Below, piece by piece: positions 35,260 to 47,990 of a stretch of DNA of 64,000 nt; position 1 is the first letter of the stretch, and each line of letters opens with the position of its first letter. Location of the stretch: positions 1-64,000 of the forward strand of contig RDEW01000040.1 in the NCBI GenBank assembly GCA_011109175.1, given 5' to 3'. This DNA comes from Dicyema japonicum (Eukaryota; Animalia; Dicyemida). The notes under the pieces were generated by a model. That model made no database searches, was not told the origin of the DNA, and was given only the letters and a program-made list of their open reading frames with translations. The translations under genes were made by a program, and so were the position numbers.

Positions 35260-36998
35260 GATTAATTAACCACTGTAAAGTTTTTCAAAAAAGAAATAAG
35301 TCTTTTCTACAAAAAATGTAAAAAGACCTTCAAGCAACTAAATACAGTTTTTCAAGTCTAAACTGATAGTTATTTAAATTAAAGCATGAAAATATTATAA
35401 AATTCATGGGAGTATCCTTCACAGCCTTGAATCCTATCTTTTTATTTGAGTATGCATCGAAGAGATCTATCTATGACATGATCCACAACAAGGATTTCGA
35501 ATTAGATATTGTGTTCCAAAAGTCATATTATCATGTAATTAATCCCTTAAACGCACAGGGATTAATTTACTTGCACAAATCCCCGATTGGTTTTCATGGA
35601 TTCCTAAAAAGCACTAACTGCATGATATCGTCCACATATACGGTGAAACTTGCTGGGTTTGGTACAACTTCGGTTGTTGTTAAAAAAACTGAATATTATC
35701 AAAAAGAATCAAAGAGATTCCTCAGAGGACGAAAAATTGGCAAAAGGTAGATGTAGTAAGTTTTTTAGAACTGTTATGGACAGCCCCAGAAATAATGAAA
35801 TGTGAAAAATTGGCTAAAAAAAGTCAGAAAGTTTCAAATGGCCGATATGTTTTTTTTGCGGTTATTATTCTTGAAATTCTGAATAAAATTCTCCCATTTG
35901 ATTATATAAATCGTTGGCTAAAGGCAACAGGTAGTAAGTTTAAGTTAAATTTACAGAAATAATAAGCAGTTTTGTTAGAAACGAAGAAATCCTTCAAATA
36001 TTCGCAATTCCAATAAACAATTGCGATAGCTTCCTTCAAAAAGAAATTTTAAAATGTTTTAACGTCTTTCCTTCTAAAAGACCCTCAGCCAAAAATATGA
36101 AGCATAAATTTCAGTAGTGTATATATTTAATTTAGGCATTATTGGGGAAACATTGACTCACTGTGTGGTTGACTCACACAAGAACTCGTAAACTAAATTT
36201 GAAATGATCCGGTCAGATGAGCTTTTGAGAAGATCTGAGGATTTGCTATATGAAATGCTTCCAAGGTTATTTCTTTAGTTGATAGAATAGGTCGGTTGCA
36301 GAAAATCTGAGAAATGGAGAGACTTACAACTCCATACGTTTTGAGTCAGTGACGATCTTTTTCAGTGATATTGTTGGATTTACAGAAATAAGCTCAAAAA
36401 TTGAGCCAATAGACGTCTTGTGTTTGTTTAATAGTTTGTATTCAATAATGGATGAAATTGGCAATAACTTTAACGTTTACAAAGTACTACGATGTTTTGA
36501 CTAAAAGAGGAAAATGTTGGGGACGCATATATGGTGGTATCAGGACTGCAAGAAGAAAACAATAACCATGTGAAAGAGATCGCAGAAATGTCTCTAGAAA
36601 TGATAAAAGCTGTTTCACAAATAGAAATTACCTCTTTAAAGGATTCAGTCAAAATCAGAATTGGGATTCATTCGGGTTTTGATTCCTTGGTTAGTCAAGG
36701 TCCTGTTTGTGCTGAAACTGTGGGAAAAAACGTCCAAAATATTGCTCTTTTTGGAGACATAGTCAACACAGCTTCACGGATGGAGTCAAATAGTGAAGGT
36801 GGGAGTATTTATAATTCTGATAGAAATGAAAATTCAATTGAGCAAGTGTAGTAAAATATTGATTGACAAACATCATAAACCACGTGGATACATTGATGTC
36901 AAAGGTACTATTTTATTTAGTCTCAGGGTAAAAATAAAATGTTCACTTATTATTATTATTATTTAAGCCAAAGAAACACCGTCTTAACCAATAACTAA
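35260..36998 (+). CDS. Receptor-type guanylate cyclase, intracellular part (kinase-homology plus cyclase); 5' exons not found, C-terminus supplied by a LINE tail
   Basis: HENIIKFMG, HGFLKSTNC, LLWTAPEI, FSDIVGFT, GDAYMVVSG, RIGIHSG, LFGDIVNTASRMES, RGYIDVKGK; introns 22-26 nt. Confidence 0.85.
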
Positions 36999-38070
36999 TA
37001 TTCAGGTGATCCCGGCATCTCTCAATAATCGGGCCATTTTTTCTCGATGCTCCGACCGTGATCCCACGCATTTTCTATACGGACGGGGGTCTTTTTCCTT
37101 TCCTCTTCTGAAATTGGCCTCCAGTTGCTTCTATGATAGACTCGAGTGTTCTGAGGGCAATTTCTTTATCTGTATATTTTTCCAGTAATTTTTTGCTCTT
37201 GACATGATCTTTTGAATTTTTATTAGGTTCGTTGCCGCCAGATTGGATCCCATGCAGCACATGCATAGCCTATTGTTGGCTCAATGTACTGCTTGTAAAG
37301 GGTCCCGATACTTGGCGGATAAATTCCTCCACAGTTCCTAAGGAAGGTTATTACAAAATTGATCTTCTTTGCACAGGTTGATTTAATGGATTCTACATGG
37401 GCTGAAAAAATCAAAAGTTACTCCCAGTATCTTCTGCGATTTTTTTTGTAATATAGGTACTCCATTTAACGTGACATCAATTGTTTGCGTTCCCATTTTT
37501 TTATTCTTAGTAAATAGAGTGACTGCTGACTTTTTTGAAAATGCATTTATCGATTTTCGCACAACCATCCATATATGTTATTTAGTATTCCTTGTAGTCG
37601 ACATTTACGTCCCTAGATGCGACAACTATGTATCGGAAAGAAAGTAGCATATCATTATTATTTCATAGTACGGGGAGATCACTCAAAAACAAATTAAAAA
37701 GATTGGTGACAGAGGAATCCTTGGGGTACACCATTGGGAATAATCCCGATCTGGAACTCTTGTTTCCGACGGATACTTCCCTCGGCGTCCACTTTCGAAA
37801 TTTGCTAACCAAACTTTAATGGTGCATCAATTTTTGTCAAAATATTTTTCGTATGAGGATCTTCCTAGGGACAGAGTCGAAAGCTTTTTGAATGTCGATC
37901 GTACATATGACCGATTTTCCTGTTTTGCTTTTCTGTGTCCTTCAGTTATGAACTCATTAATGTTGTTAGAAGGAGTTGTTGATAATTCTTCTTTGAACCC
38001 ATGTTGGAATGTAGGTTGGGAGAGAAGGGCGAATAACTTTTAGGACCAGTTTCTCCAGGATCCTCGACAC
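36948..38070 (-). mobile_element. Jockey-like LINE 3' part whose tail lies in the last cyclase exon
   Basis: IDIQKAFDSVPRK, KILGVTFD, LYKQYIEPTIGYACAAW; 3' end homologous to 30800-30860. Confidence 0.8.
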
Positions 38071-38229
38071 TTATTGGTTAATTGACGAATTAATAGCTAA
38101 TTATTTTAATAAGTTTGTAATTATCGTGAAATTAGAAAATATGAATTTTTTTGGATTTTATTTTTTTAGAATAGGACTATTTTTAGTGAATTTAGTGATC
38201 GTTGTCCAAGGTGAAATAACGTGCACGGA

Positions 38230-38500
38230 CACTTCTCTAATGGGAATTTGCTAAGTCATCGTTGCGCGCAGGCTCAGCAGCTAGCACTGGTGAAATTGAA
38301 AAGGGGAAGTACCGGAATTGGAACCGTTTTTTCCAGCCGATCTACGTTGAGATGTATGGTGTTATTGGCTCGAGCACGTCTGAGTTTATTAAATTAATCG
38401 GGCGGCTTACTGAGCTCAGAAGGGTGAGCTTAGAATGACACAATGGCTCTTCCAGAACATTGGGCTCGCGATTATTAGAAGTAACCCCAAAATGATACAT
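38230..38500 (+). mobile_element. CRE-clade RLE C-terminal fragment
   Basis: AGSAASTGEIEKGKY..FQPIYVEMYG..WLFQNIGLAIIRSN. Confidence 0.65.
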
Positions 38501-39484
38501 CGTCATAACAACTAACTTGATTTATAGTAATACAGTTGAGAGATTGCTCTGTTGGGAAATATTTTAAATCATTTTAAGTAAATTTGATAAAGACAGTAAA
38601 GTTCTGTTATAATCCTAAGAAATGTATCACTCATACGGTCAGCCAATAATTATTTTGTTTGTTATTAAGAGAATGTAGGATAATTAATGATCTAATAATC
38701 CCCTTATTCTGCAACAAGGCAGATTATCATCCTCCATATTTGGACTTAAATAATACAAGTCGGATTTTCACACTTTTTTAATTCTGAAACCTCTAATTCC
38801 TTAAAAATGACTATTAGTGAGAATGGATAGTTATATCCATAGGAATTAATGAAGACATAATTGATTCACTGGCTCAATATTCTGCCCAATTTCACTTCAT
38901 ATTAACATAATTAGGTCAACTGCAAGATTTAAGATTTCGAGGTTGTACTAGAGGACTCGCTCAGCGTGAATCAAGGGAAACTCTTTTTGTGGATTTCTTG
39001 AACGCAGTTTCTTGGCATGTTATTTTTATCCATTTCCAAGTGTTTCAAGTACTCCACGTGGAACTTAGTTATGACGCCATCCCACTTAGGAAATAACACG
39101 GACTTTACATTAATGGATTACCCCCAATTCTTTACCCAGAAGAGTTTGCTTCAACTTCTTCTTTGCCTATACAGTTTGAATACGCTATTGGTGAGAATCT
39201 GGCTTGTTGAACTGAAGTCTTGATCCCTGTTTCCACCTTTATAAAATTTTGCATTCCCAATAACACAGGGTACTTCAACTCTACCATAATAAGCCCTCGG
39301 AGAACACAGAAGGCACTCCACCACCTTCTGGATTTTGATGGACCATACCTGTCGCCCAAAATAGGTTGATACAGCATTAGCTCCTGCACACACAGTGGTG
39401 GTAAAGCATACTGCCGTACTTAGTAGTAAGATCTTCAATTCTAATAACCGTAATGTTAATGTTATGATAATTAGATGATTAGAG

Positions 39485-40558
39485 TTAATAATCTAATAAT
39501 TTAAGGAGAAGATCGCAGTAATTCCCAGACGTGTCCTCTTTAATGTCTTTCGAAAGACTCGTGTTATAGGTATTCCAATATAATTCAGAAATGTCTAATA
39601 TTCCATCGTCAGAATGGCGAACAATTGTATAAGACAAAATATTATTTCTTGTGCCCGCTCCTTTCATACTGTTTTTGAGAATTTTAGCCCACGTGTATTT
39701 CGGTTCCATGATCATTCGAATAAATACTTTTAAAATATCCTTAATATCCCCAGACAACTCTTTTTTGACGCATTCTATGATCGGTTTTTGGGTTAACTGA
39801 ATGATTAAAATACTACAACTTGCTCATATTTTTTAAAAATTAATTTTAGCTGTTTTTTACTGCGCTGAGCTAAAATGTTCATATAAATGTTTTCTAATGT
39901 GAACCAGTTACTGATTTTCTCATCAAATAGAATCTGAGCGCTGAATTCGGCCTCATTTTCGTTTTCCATATTGTCCTCATCTCGGTATACCTAAATAGCT
40001 CGTTAACCTACATTTATTAAAGCCAGGGCAAATTTCTTGTACAATCCACTTGTGTCTCCAATAATGTCGCTTTCTAGTGAACGTTTATAAACTTGTAGAA
40101 TAACCCCAAACTTAACCGTTCTTATAATAGGATTTTATTTGCTTCAATTCATGAGAACTTCTGGAAATTATGATCGTATTTAACAAGTCTTCGTCAGTGC
40201 CTAAACCCTGTAGTCTAATAATTTGCTGAATAACCTTCATTGATGTGTGAAGACAGTCTGCATCCAGTTCAGTGGGGGATTTAAACAAGCAGGTTACAAG
40301 AAATTTGAAATTTCCCATCAAAGCAATATTTAACTTTGAAATTAGATCCTGCAGTAACCAGCTTAAAAAAACCTCATTGTAGATCGTCTCGAACGCATAT
40401 CTTATTTCAAGTCTCTGTGAATTATTCGTGTTTGCTGTTATTTCGATAATTTTATCGTTGGCGGCTTCATTTACAAAATCAGGACTTACACTCGGCAATA
40501 CTGTTGTAAATCTCTTTGGCGTAATATTCTTTGTTAAACTGTGCACTTGGTATGCCAT
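39485..40558 (-). CDS. Annexin (four repeats), micro-introns
   Basis: MKGLGTDED, SLESDIIGDTSG, MKGAGTR, DIKEDTSGNY; introns of 21-27 nt. Confidence 0.95.
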
Positions 40559-41039
40559 GTTTCATTTGTGAATGTGCATTAATTTAGTTTATATAATAAT
40601 CATTATTATCGATAATTATTGTATAGAAAATAATTAACTTATAAATTCACCTAAATTGCAAATTTAAATAATTGCGGGATAAAAAGTTTATTTTTCAAGA
40701 CGTCAGGTGGTGGTGGGGAATCAAGTGAGCAATTGCCCGGAAAGTTGAGGTTGTGGCGTACGAAATGTCTACTTAGCCTCATGATGAATTAAAGCTCTGT
40801 CTTTCATCTTGTGAGCATGGGGGAGGTGATTGACTCAAGAGACATCGGAAACCCGGAGTTCTGAACAAAGGGAATCTCGGATGTACGTAGGACCCGCGTT
40901 TGAATCTTTTGCAGCCCAAAATTGAAAGAACTTGAAAGATCATCTTTTAGAAGCTGCACGTGTAAAATGATGGTTCTAGGTATGTTAGGTGGTATATATG
41001 GTGATGTGCCGCTCTTAAAAGTCTAATGCCTTAGTAACC

Positions 41040-41180
41040 CGTGAAATGAGATGGTTCTCTCAGCGTCTTGGAATCGCTATCGCCCCTACGCTCATTGATC
41101 CTTGGCACCTGAAGTAATCATTTTTGAATGTTGCCAGGTACTGGACGTTTCTTGACGTAGGAAAATCATATGACGCTTCT
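41040..41180 (+). mobile_element. CRE-clade 3' remnant
   Basis: WFSQRLGIAI motif. Confidence 0.5.
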
Positions 41181-42764
41181 TAGGCTTAGAATTTAAAAAA
41201 GCTCAAAACAAAAGAATTCATGTGACCAGGTAAGAAACAGCGTGTGAATCGAACGTATAGCTACATCATTAAAGCTTGATCACATTTTCTACTCTAAAAA
41301 CTAATTTCTTATATAAAATTTCCCATCGTTAACGTCACTTTCTATACCAATAGCATCAATTTCCGGTTCTAATGGCCCTTACAGGAATATAGACAGAAGA
41401 TCCTGAAACAGCTCTTCCGCTTCTTGATTTTTAAGACACTGAAATCCGACCTCATTATGAGTTTTAAGATGCTATTTTATCCAAAGAATATATTTACCAT
41501 ATTTCAAAATTAATGATTAAAAAGTGACGCTATTGATTAAGAAAGTTACGTTAATGGTTGGGAAACTCAATAAAACTTTAGTGTGGATATTCTTGAAAAT
41601 TCACTAAATTAATCTCATTAAAACATAAGCATTTATTAAGTTTTGGCAATTGATCCTCGCCTAAATAATTGACTGATAGCAACAAAGATCTGCTAAACTT
41701 TGGTTAAACTCGAAAAACCTAAAAGTTTTTCATTTTGAAAAAATTAATTCTCACGAGTTATTTAATCGTTTGAATAAAAATGTTTAGCATCAATTGGTGA
41801 TCCTAGCTTTCATGAATGATAGTTGCCCATCATAATCACAATTTTAGAAAGACTCAACGTCCTGGTCCCTTCATACAAGCCGCTAATTGTTTCAACTAAA
41901 TTTGTTGTAATGGGCACCCTTCCTTTAATTATTCATCGATTAACATTCAATTGTTTCAATATGAAAACTAAAAATTCCATTCATTAAATTGATACACTAA
42001 CCACTAAAATTTTTATTTGATTTAAACAAAAGTGGTTCGCCGTCCTAATCAAAAATGAAACAAAATAAATCAAATAAATTTTTAACAAAAAATATTTTTT
42101 TCAGTCAAGAAGCTGAAATAATCATAGAGGTGAATTTTTTCTGAGTTTTAGCATCCACGTTAATAGGACATTTATCTGCAAAATTATAAACTAAAAAAAC
42201 TTCCAAAGCGGAGCAACAGAAACGTGGCGGTTAAAAGGGTTACTAAAATAGATCAAGAATGGAGTACAATAATTTACGGAGATGAAAAATATCATCATGT
42301 TAAAATACCCAAATCTGTCGACGATAGCTCCCACTCCAAATGCAGCTGTAGAAAGCCCGAGGTTCTGCACAGATTGAAGTCTACTCTTTATATGGAATTA
42401 TACATTCCATAAGCCGTCGTCAAGTTGAGGGGATCGACGATATAAATGATCATCGACCAAAAGGAACAGGTAAAGATGGCATAGCTCAAACCCAACAAGG
42501 TCTGCCGTGATATTCAAATCAAATACAGCGATAAATAAGGGACACAGAAATGTAAGACCAAAAAGGCACATTGCTGAGAGACATGTTATAACTGCTACTA
42601 TAAGCCACGTGAGATGTCTCCCTGTTTTGTCTATGATTAGACCAATAATAGGGGATGTAAGGCCGGCGACTATGTAGATCGTGCTATCTTGTTAAAACAT
42701 CCCCCACCTACTTATTGACGTGCAGTAAGTAATTTTGTAGTTATATTTGAGTTGTAGAAAGACT

Positions 42765-43680
42765 CTAAAATTCACAAACAAAGGCAAACAGCGAAATCTC
42801 AATGAAGGGGGATAAAGCTAAGAAGTAAGTCGAACAAATGACAGAAACAAGCCAGAACACTGGCCCAAAGTCATTGATCGAGAATTTGTAACTCTCCACT
42901 TTTGACTCCTCACAATTGGTCCCAGAAAATGAATCAAATTGACAAACTTTTTGAGGTTGACGTGTGTTGATTGAATCCAAAGATGATTGAGATTATGAGG
43001 GAGACAGCACAAATCAAAGTCACTAATTGTTTGGAAAACGAATACAGAGAAAAAAGGCGATTCCCAACTGATGGTACCCCGACTGAATACAGCCTGCCAA
43101 ATAATACACGTAAATCATTGTTTTGATGACGACGGTGCTGCCCTGAACTGTAAATCGAAATTTTACAATCCTCGATGTGCTTATTTGCAGACCAAACACA
43201 AGGTTTAGTTTTGATCCACAGAACCAGAGTGCTGAATAGGAGTGAATAACACTGCATAGGGTCTCCCTCCAATTCTAAAGTTTTGAATTCACGAGTAAAC
43301 CCAAAAAGTAATCTCCCTAAATACATGAGCCAAATATTGTGCATAAAAGCTCCACCAGAAAACAAAAGCTGTCCTAAAACCAGAAGAATGTTGCAGATAA
43401 TTCCCCCAAATGCAAGTCCCGTATATTTGCTAACAACAAATGATCCCACAAAACACATGAAAATATTGACTACCGAGTACCACGTGTACAAACCCATAAA
43501 TGTTTCACAGTTTATGTTTAGATCCTTTTTTACAATAGATTGTATTGCCCCAGGAGTATCGAAACAATAATAAATGGCTGCAAAATAACAATTTAGCTTA
43601 CTGAAAGTGGTGAAGCACAGAAATAATATGAAAGCATAATTATTGAGTTTAGTCCTAAATTGATGCTCTTCCTTATTCAT
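42765..43680 (-). CDS. MFSD1: MFSD1-like lysosomal MFS transporter, N-terminal half only; possibly disrupted
   Basis: YYCFDTPGA, FMGLYTWYS, LMYLGRLLFG, SALWFCGSKLNLVFGLQIS, FWLVSVIC; one frameshift near 43265; only degenerate traces (LGRRTTFV, about 42040) beyond 42765. Confidence 0.85.
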
Positions 43681-43979
43681 ATTTATTTATTTGAGAATAT
43701 AATTTTTTATTAATTTAAATTAAATAATAAATTTAAATTAATAAAAAATCAAAAATTAATTTCCCAGAAAAGCAAAAAAATGAGAGGGAAAAATAGTGTT
43801 TTTAAAAATATCGGTTTTACGTTTTTGTTGAGTGACTCTCATTTTGCCTTAAATTAATCGTCGCAGTGTCAAAATAAAAATTTCTGGCAGAAAGTGTCTA
43901 AATGGCAGAAATTAGACACGTATTTAAACAAAAATCACGTATTTTAATTAAATGGTCAGTTTAATATTTAAACCAAAAA

Positions 43980-44700
43980 GCAGACAGGTAAAGGCACTTT
44001 GCTCCAAATCACTTGCTGATCTATCAAATCTTACTTTTTAAAATCGATTTTTATGGGGATTTAAGGATTAACGACTTTTTTAAAACTGCTTTATTTGATT
44101 CAAATTTTCAGAATCATTGATTTTTATTCGTTAATTTGAATCAATCTGGCGACCTTAGAAAAAGTGGGTTTGATCAATTCATGGTCCCAATATCTACTTA
44201 AGGTTTAGGAATTTATGAATTTATCAGTTCCAGAAAACCGTCAGTATGATATCCTGGGTTTTGTAAGATACTGAAAGTCACGTGCTAGAATGTTGACAGA
44301 AAATAGGAATTTCAGGCATCAGTTTCTTCCCAAGAAAATCAAGCTAGCATATTTTCAAGTAGCATGTGGAATATTAAAAATTGAACAAAAGATTAAAAAA
44401 ACCTCAATATGTCATTTAGAGAACATTATAAAGACTGTGGGATTACTTATAAGAAGTCCCTATATGTAACCGAACTCTTTGACTTATGCGCAAGTACTTC
44501 ATCGAGTGAGCCTTGGCGTGTACCCTGAATAGTATCTCATTGAGGAGGCACAAACTAAATAGTTTCCATTTCAAGTCATCGACTGTTTCTAAGGAAATGT
44601 CGCTTAGGATTAGGCCAATTGGCGTTCATTATGGGTTCACTTTCGTGTTCTTCTAAGTCGAGCAATTATTTCGGCAAACTTCAAGCACAAATAAATTTGA
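43980..44700 (+). mobile_element. Very decayed CRE-clade RT/RLE remnant
   Basis: Degenerate similarity to the 30910-32060 element; many stops. Confidence 0.45.
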
Positions 44701-44875
44701 AGAAAAACCAATTTGCCATCCCCGGATAAATTCAGATTTCAGCAGAGCAGATAAAACTAAATGAATCACAGAAAAAAATAAAGACTTTACTTAATAAAAT
44801 CGTCGATAAACATTTATTTTGCCAAAACAATAAAATAGTCCATAACAACAGAAAAAGCGACAGAACTGACAATTG

Positions 44876-46144
44876 TCAGCGCTCACCAGGGAAGACATCC
44901 TCCAGGTAGAAGCACTTAGCACGGTTCATACCATTGAATCTTGAGGCAGCAACCAAAGTATATGCCCCCATATTGTGAAACACAATGTAATCCCCAACTT
45001 TCAGCCGGGGTATCTCTACCCCTTCCATCACACAGTCAATGCTGTCACAGGTCGGTCCCCACAAATCCGAGAGATACTTACTCCCATTATTCAACTCCTA
45101 TAATAAATCAGACAGGGAACCTTAGGAAAGGTGGGCTTGACCAGAGCATGGTCATACATAAGGCAGTTAAAAGCACCATAGACACCATCATTCAGATAAT
45201 ACATCATTTTGTCATTCGTCTCCCGGCTATTGACCACCCGAGTGACCAAGGTGTATGCAGAGGCCACAAAGAATCGACCAGGCTCAGCAATTATCTCCAA
45301 ATCGGGGAACTCTGACTTTGGGAAAAACGTCGACAATCCAGAATTTATGAAATCCGATATAAGCTTGAAGGATACGGAGGAATCGTTGGCTCCAGGAAAA
45401 CCTCCGCCAATGTCCAACAAATATGGGGTCAGCCCGAGACTCTTTGCGGAGGTAAATGCCTCCTTTGCACTGGCAATCGCATGCCAGTAGAGTTTTTCGT
45501 CCTCACAACCACTGCCCACGTGGAAACTGAACAAATTAAGCAAAGACAGACCTAACTCCAACCAAATTTAAGTTCAAGGTGACTACAGCGGAGAGAAGCT
45601 TGGACACATCTTCAGGAAAGCATCCAAATTTGAGTCCTAGGTTACACTGAACCTTCCCATTTGTGGGAGGAAGGATCCTCAAAAGAAGACTGGAGTTGAT
45701 TATTGGGGGAAAACCGTGCATTTGGGAATTCTCTTTTAATTTTTGTAAGTTCTGATAAATTGTCAAAAGTCATGAGAGAAACGTCGTTAGATTTAGCATA
45801 CCGGATAGCGTTGAGTTGTTTGCAGGGGTTGGCGAATATTATTTGGCTGCTGACTGCCCCCAGTGAGGTCACTGACTTTATTTCGCTCACAGAAGCACAA
45901 TCAAAGCACATTCCAGCGTCTACCATCATTTGGAGAACACGTGGGTCATTATTACATTTAACGGCTTGGATTAAAATAACAGAAAACCATAGAATGGCTT
46001 AATTTGGGGCAAATAAGCAAACCACTTGGCCATTTTGCGGACTATATCCTGAATGTCCACAATATAAAAGGGGTCTTCTTCGTTGGAAAGACCAGTCACT
46101 TTCAAAAAATTAGTAACATCATTGATAGTGGTAGAACCGTTCAT
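44876..46144 (-). CDS. ODC1: Ornithine decarboxylase (catalytic residues intact), 4 micro-introns
   Basis: PFYAVKCN (PLP lysine), FDCAS, FANPCK, FHVGSG, DIGGGFPG, AEPGR, WGPTCDSID (catalytic Cys), NMGAYT; introns of 23, 25, 25 and 23 nt. Confidence 0.97.
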
Positions 46145-46241
46145 AATCTGTCAGACTTTAGAAATTTCAAAAACGTCAACTTTGCAGGGCAGCGGAGTGA
46201 GTCTACAAATTAACCATTAAAAAGCAACCGCAATTGGTCAT
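46141..46241 (-). promoter_or_regulatory. Candidate uORF overlapping the ODC start codon
   Basis: ATG at 46241; after a 26-nt GT-AG excision (46203-46228) it encodes MTNCDSLRCPAKLTFLKFLKSDRL* and its TGA overlaps the ODC ATG (ATGA). Confidence 0.4.
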
Positions 46242-46574
46242 AAAGGTATCAGGCGTGATTTGAATTAAAATTATTAAGGATAGACGGCAATAAATTATAT
46301 TTAAAATACTTTATTTTATATTTATTTTAGTGATTATAATTTTCTGTCTTTCATAATTTTATTTCGATTAATTAATTTTTAGTTATTTAGGTCAACGATG
46401 TGTTCACGTGCTATTTTCTGTGAATTTGGTTTTATTTTTATGCGAGAGAATTAATCAAGCTTATCTTGTTTCTTAGGCATTTTTTATAATTTTTCTAAAC
46501 CACATAAGCACGTGCTCGCACCATTCAGTGAATTGAAAGTTGTGTGTTTTGCTCAGTCAAAATTCGCTTTTTTC

Positions 46575-46705
46575 TCTAATATCGGACAAAGGCTTGCTTC
46601 AAAGAGATGCGAACCTCACAAAGGACTTTGGGTGAGGCAGAGGCTCGAGATAGCAATGATCAGAGGGAACGTTTACGCAATCCTGCCCTCTCAACCAGTC
46701 TTCTC
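46575..46705 (+). mobile_element. CRE-clade 3' end fragment
   Basis: IGQRLASKRCEP..WVRQRLEIAMIRGNVYAIL. Confidence 0.65.
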
Positions 46706-47329
46706 AACCAAAAGACTACTTGTTTTATGATAATTAATTTGATGAAATAATATTTTTATCAAATTTCTTACAAAACCATAGTTATTTTATCTTTGATCAT
46801 AAATTCCTTTAAATGTCTTTAGTTAAACTTTTAATCCTTGCTATTAATAATTTCTTCAATTTTGGGCCGAATGGGATCGAACCTGAATTTTATACGCATC
46901 CGACATTTTTTTATTCAGGAATTTGAGTTTCAGTATCTTTTTCCATGTTTACGATTCAAAGAAAGACAAGGACTTGCATCCTCCATGAAGCAAAGTTGAC
47001 ATTTCTTCCAATAAAGACAAGTCACCTCAGCTTCCCGGCTAACTGGGGTTTTAATAAAAATCTGAATATTATCTGGCGACATAAACAATATCAAAGTACT
47101 AATAATCAATATTTATAGCTTTCACATTAATGTCTATTTAACTGCTTTTCTTTATTAATTAGACTCAACAAAAATATTGGCATTACTAAGAAATTCGCTA
47201 CCTTCGATGAATGAAAAGAGAGAAAGAAAAAATTCCAAAAACAAATGCATTTTATATGAAGTAAACCTGGAAAATAATTTATTATAACACAAAAACTAAC
47301 ATTTAGCAACTGCTAGCAACAGCTGTTTG

Positions 47330-47770
47330 GAGACTTGAGGCTGCCGGATTTCCTGTCCAATCGGAGCCACTTATACTCGCTCAAGCCAACCAAAAATTGG
47401 ACGGAACCATTCTTTTCTCATGAGAGACTGGTAAATACCTTGCTGGGGACGCCACGTGTGTCGATAGCTTCTCTTGCTTAATCTCTCAACGTCAGTAACT
47501 GACCCAGGCTCAGCTTCGGATAAGGCTGAGACCCTAAAGAACAAAAAAATTCGCATGTCTTGAAGGACAATTCATATTCGAACTTGTGGCGGTCGAAACG
47601 ACAGGAATAATTGGAAGCAGGTAACTGACCCTGCTAAACAGGATCGGCTTGCTCATCGTGAAGAAAAAAAACGATAGGAGAGAAAGGAGCTGGCTCATTG
47701 AGCGCATTTCCTTGCAAATCGTAAGGGTAAATACTTTTTTCAATTATGAGAGCAGCCAGCAGTTGCTAAC
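47330..47770 (+). mobile_element. CRE-clade RLE fragment
   Basis: AAGFPVQSEP, GDATCVDSFS, FELVAVETTG, WLIERISLQIVR. Confidence 0.75.
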
Positions 47771-47794
47771 TGTTAGTTTTTGTGTTATGAAGCG

Positions 47795-47990
47795 ACTGGA
47801 TGGCTCAGTGTAATGAGTTCAAGACCTAAATCATGATGTCCCCGAATCGAATCGCGCTGCTCTCCTTTCGGTTGAAGATTCCACGCATATGCCTTGGATT
47901 AATTAACATTACTGTTCTTTTTAAAATAAAGTGCAAGTTCTGCCTAAGGTGGGTTTAAGTAATGGAAACTGCTTGTCGGGAGGGCTGTGT
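47795..47990 (+). mobile_element. SINE, second subfamily, internally deleted
   Basis: TGGCTCAGTGTAATGAGTTCA head, GAATCGAATCGCGCTGCT, GAAGATTCCACGCAT, ACTGTTCTTT..AAATAAAGTG tail motif. Confidence 0.62.

Noticed and set aside
35413-35420. GTATCCTT as a U12 donor in the cyclase gene (also one in ODC near 45366)
   Set aside because: Both lie in sequence that aligns as coding, with no downstream branch point or acceptor.
39151-39438. Secreted protein (MKILLLSTAVC.. signal-peptide-like ORF)
   Set aside because: Starts with TTG, no ATG or upstream exon found, competing open frames and no recognisable family.
44876-46144. Antizyme inhibitor (inactive ODC paralogue)
   Set aside because: The PLP lysine (AVKCN) and catalytic cysteine (GPTCD) are intact.
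46405-46514. Two CACGTG E-boxes upstream of ODC (classic Myc target)
   Set aside because: CACGTG is frequent throughout this part of the window, so a pair here is not specific evidence of Myc regulation.
46960-47100. GPS/GAIN motif of an adhesion GPCR (minus strand TCLYW..GC)
   Set aside because: Needs frameshifts to assemble and lacks the C.C.HLT.F half; too degenerate to call.
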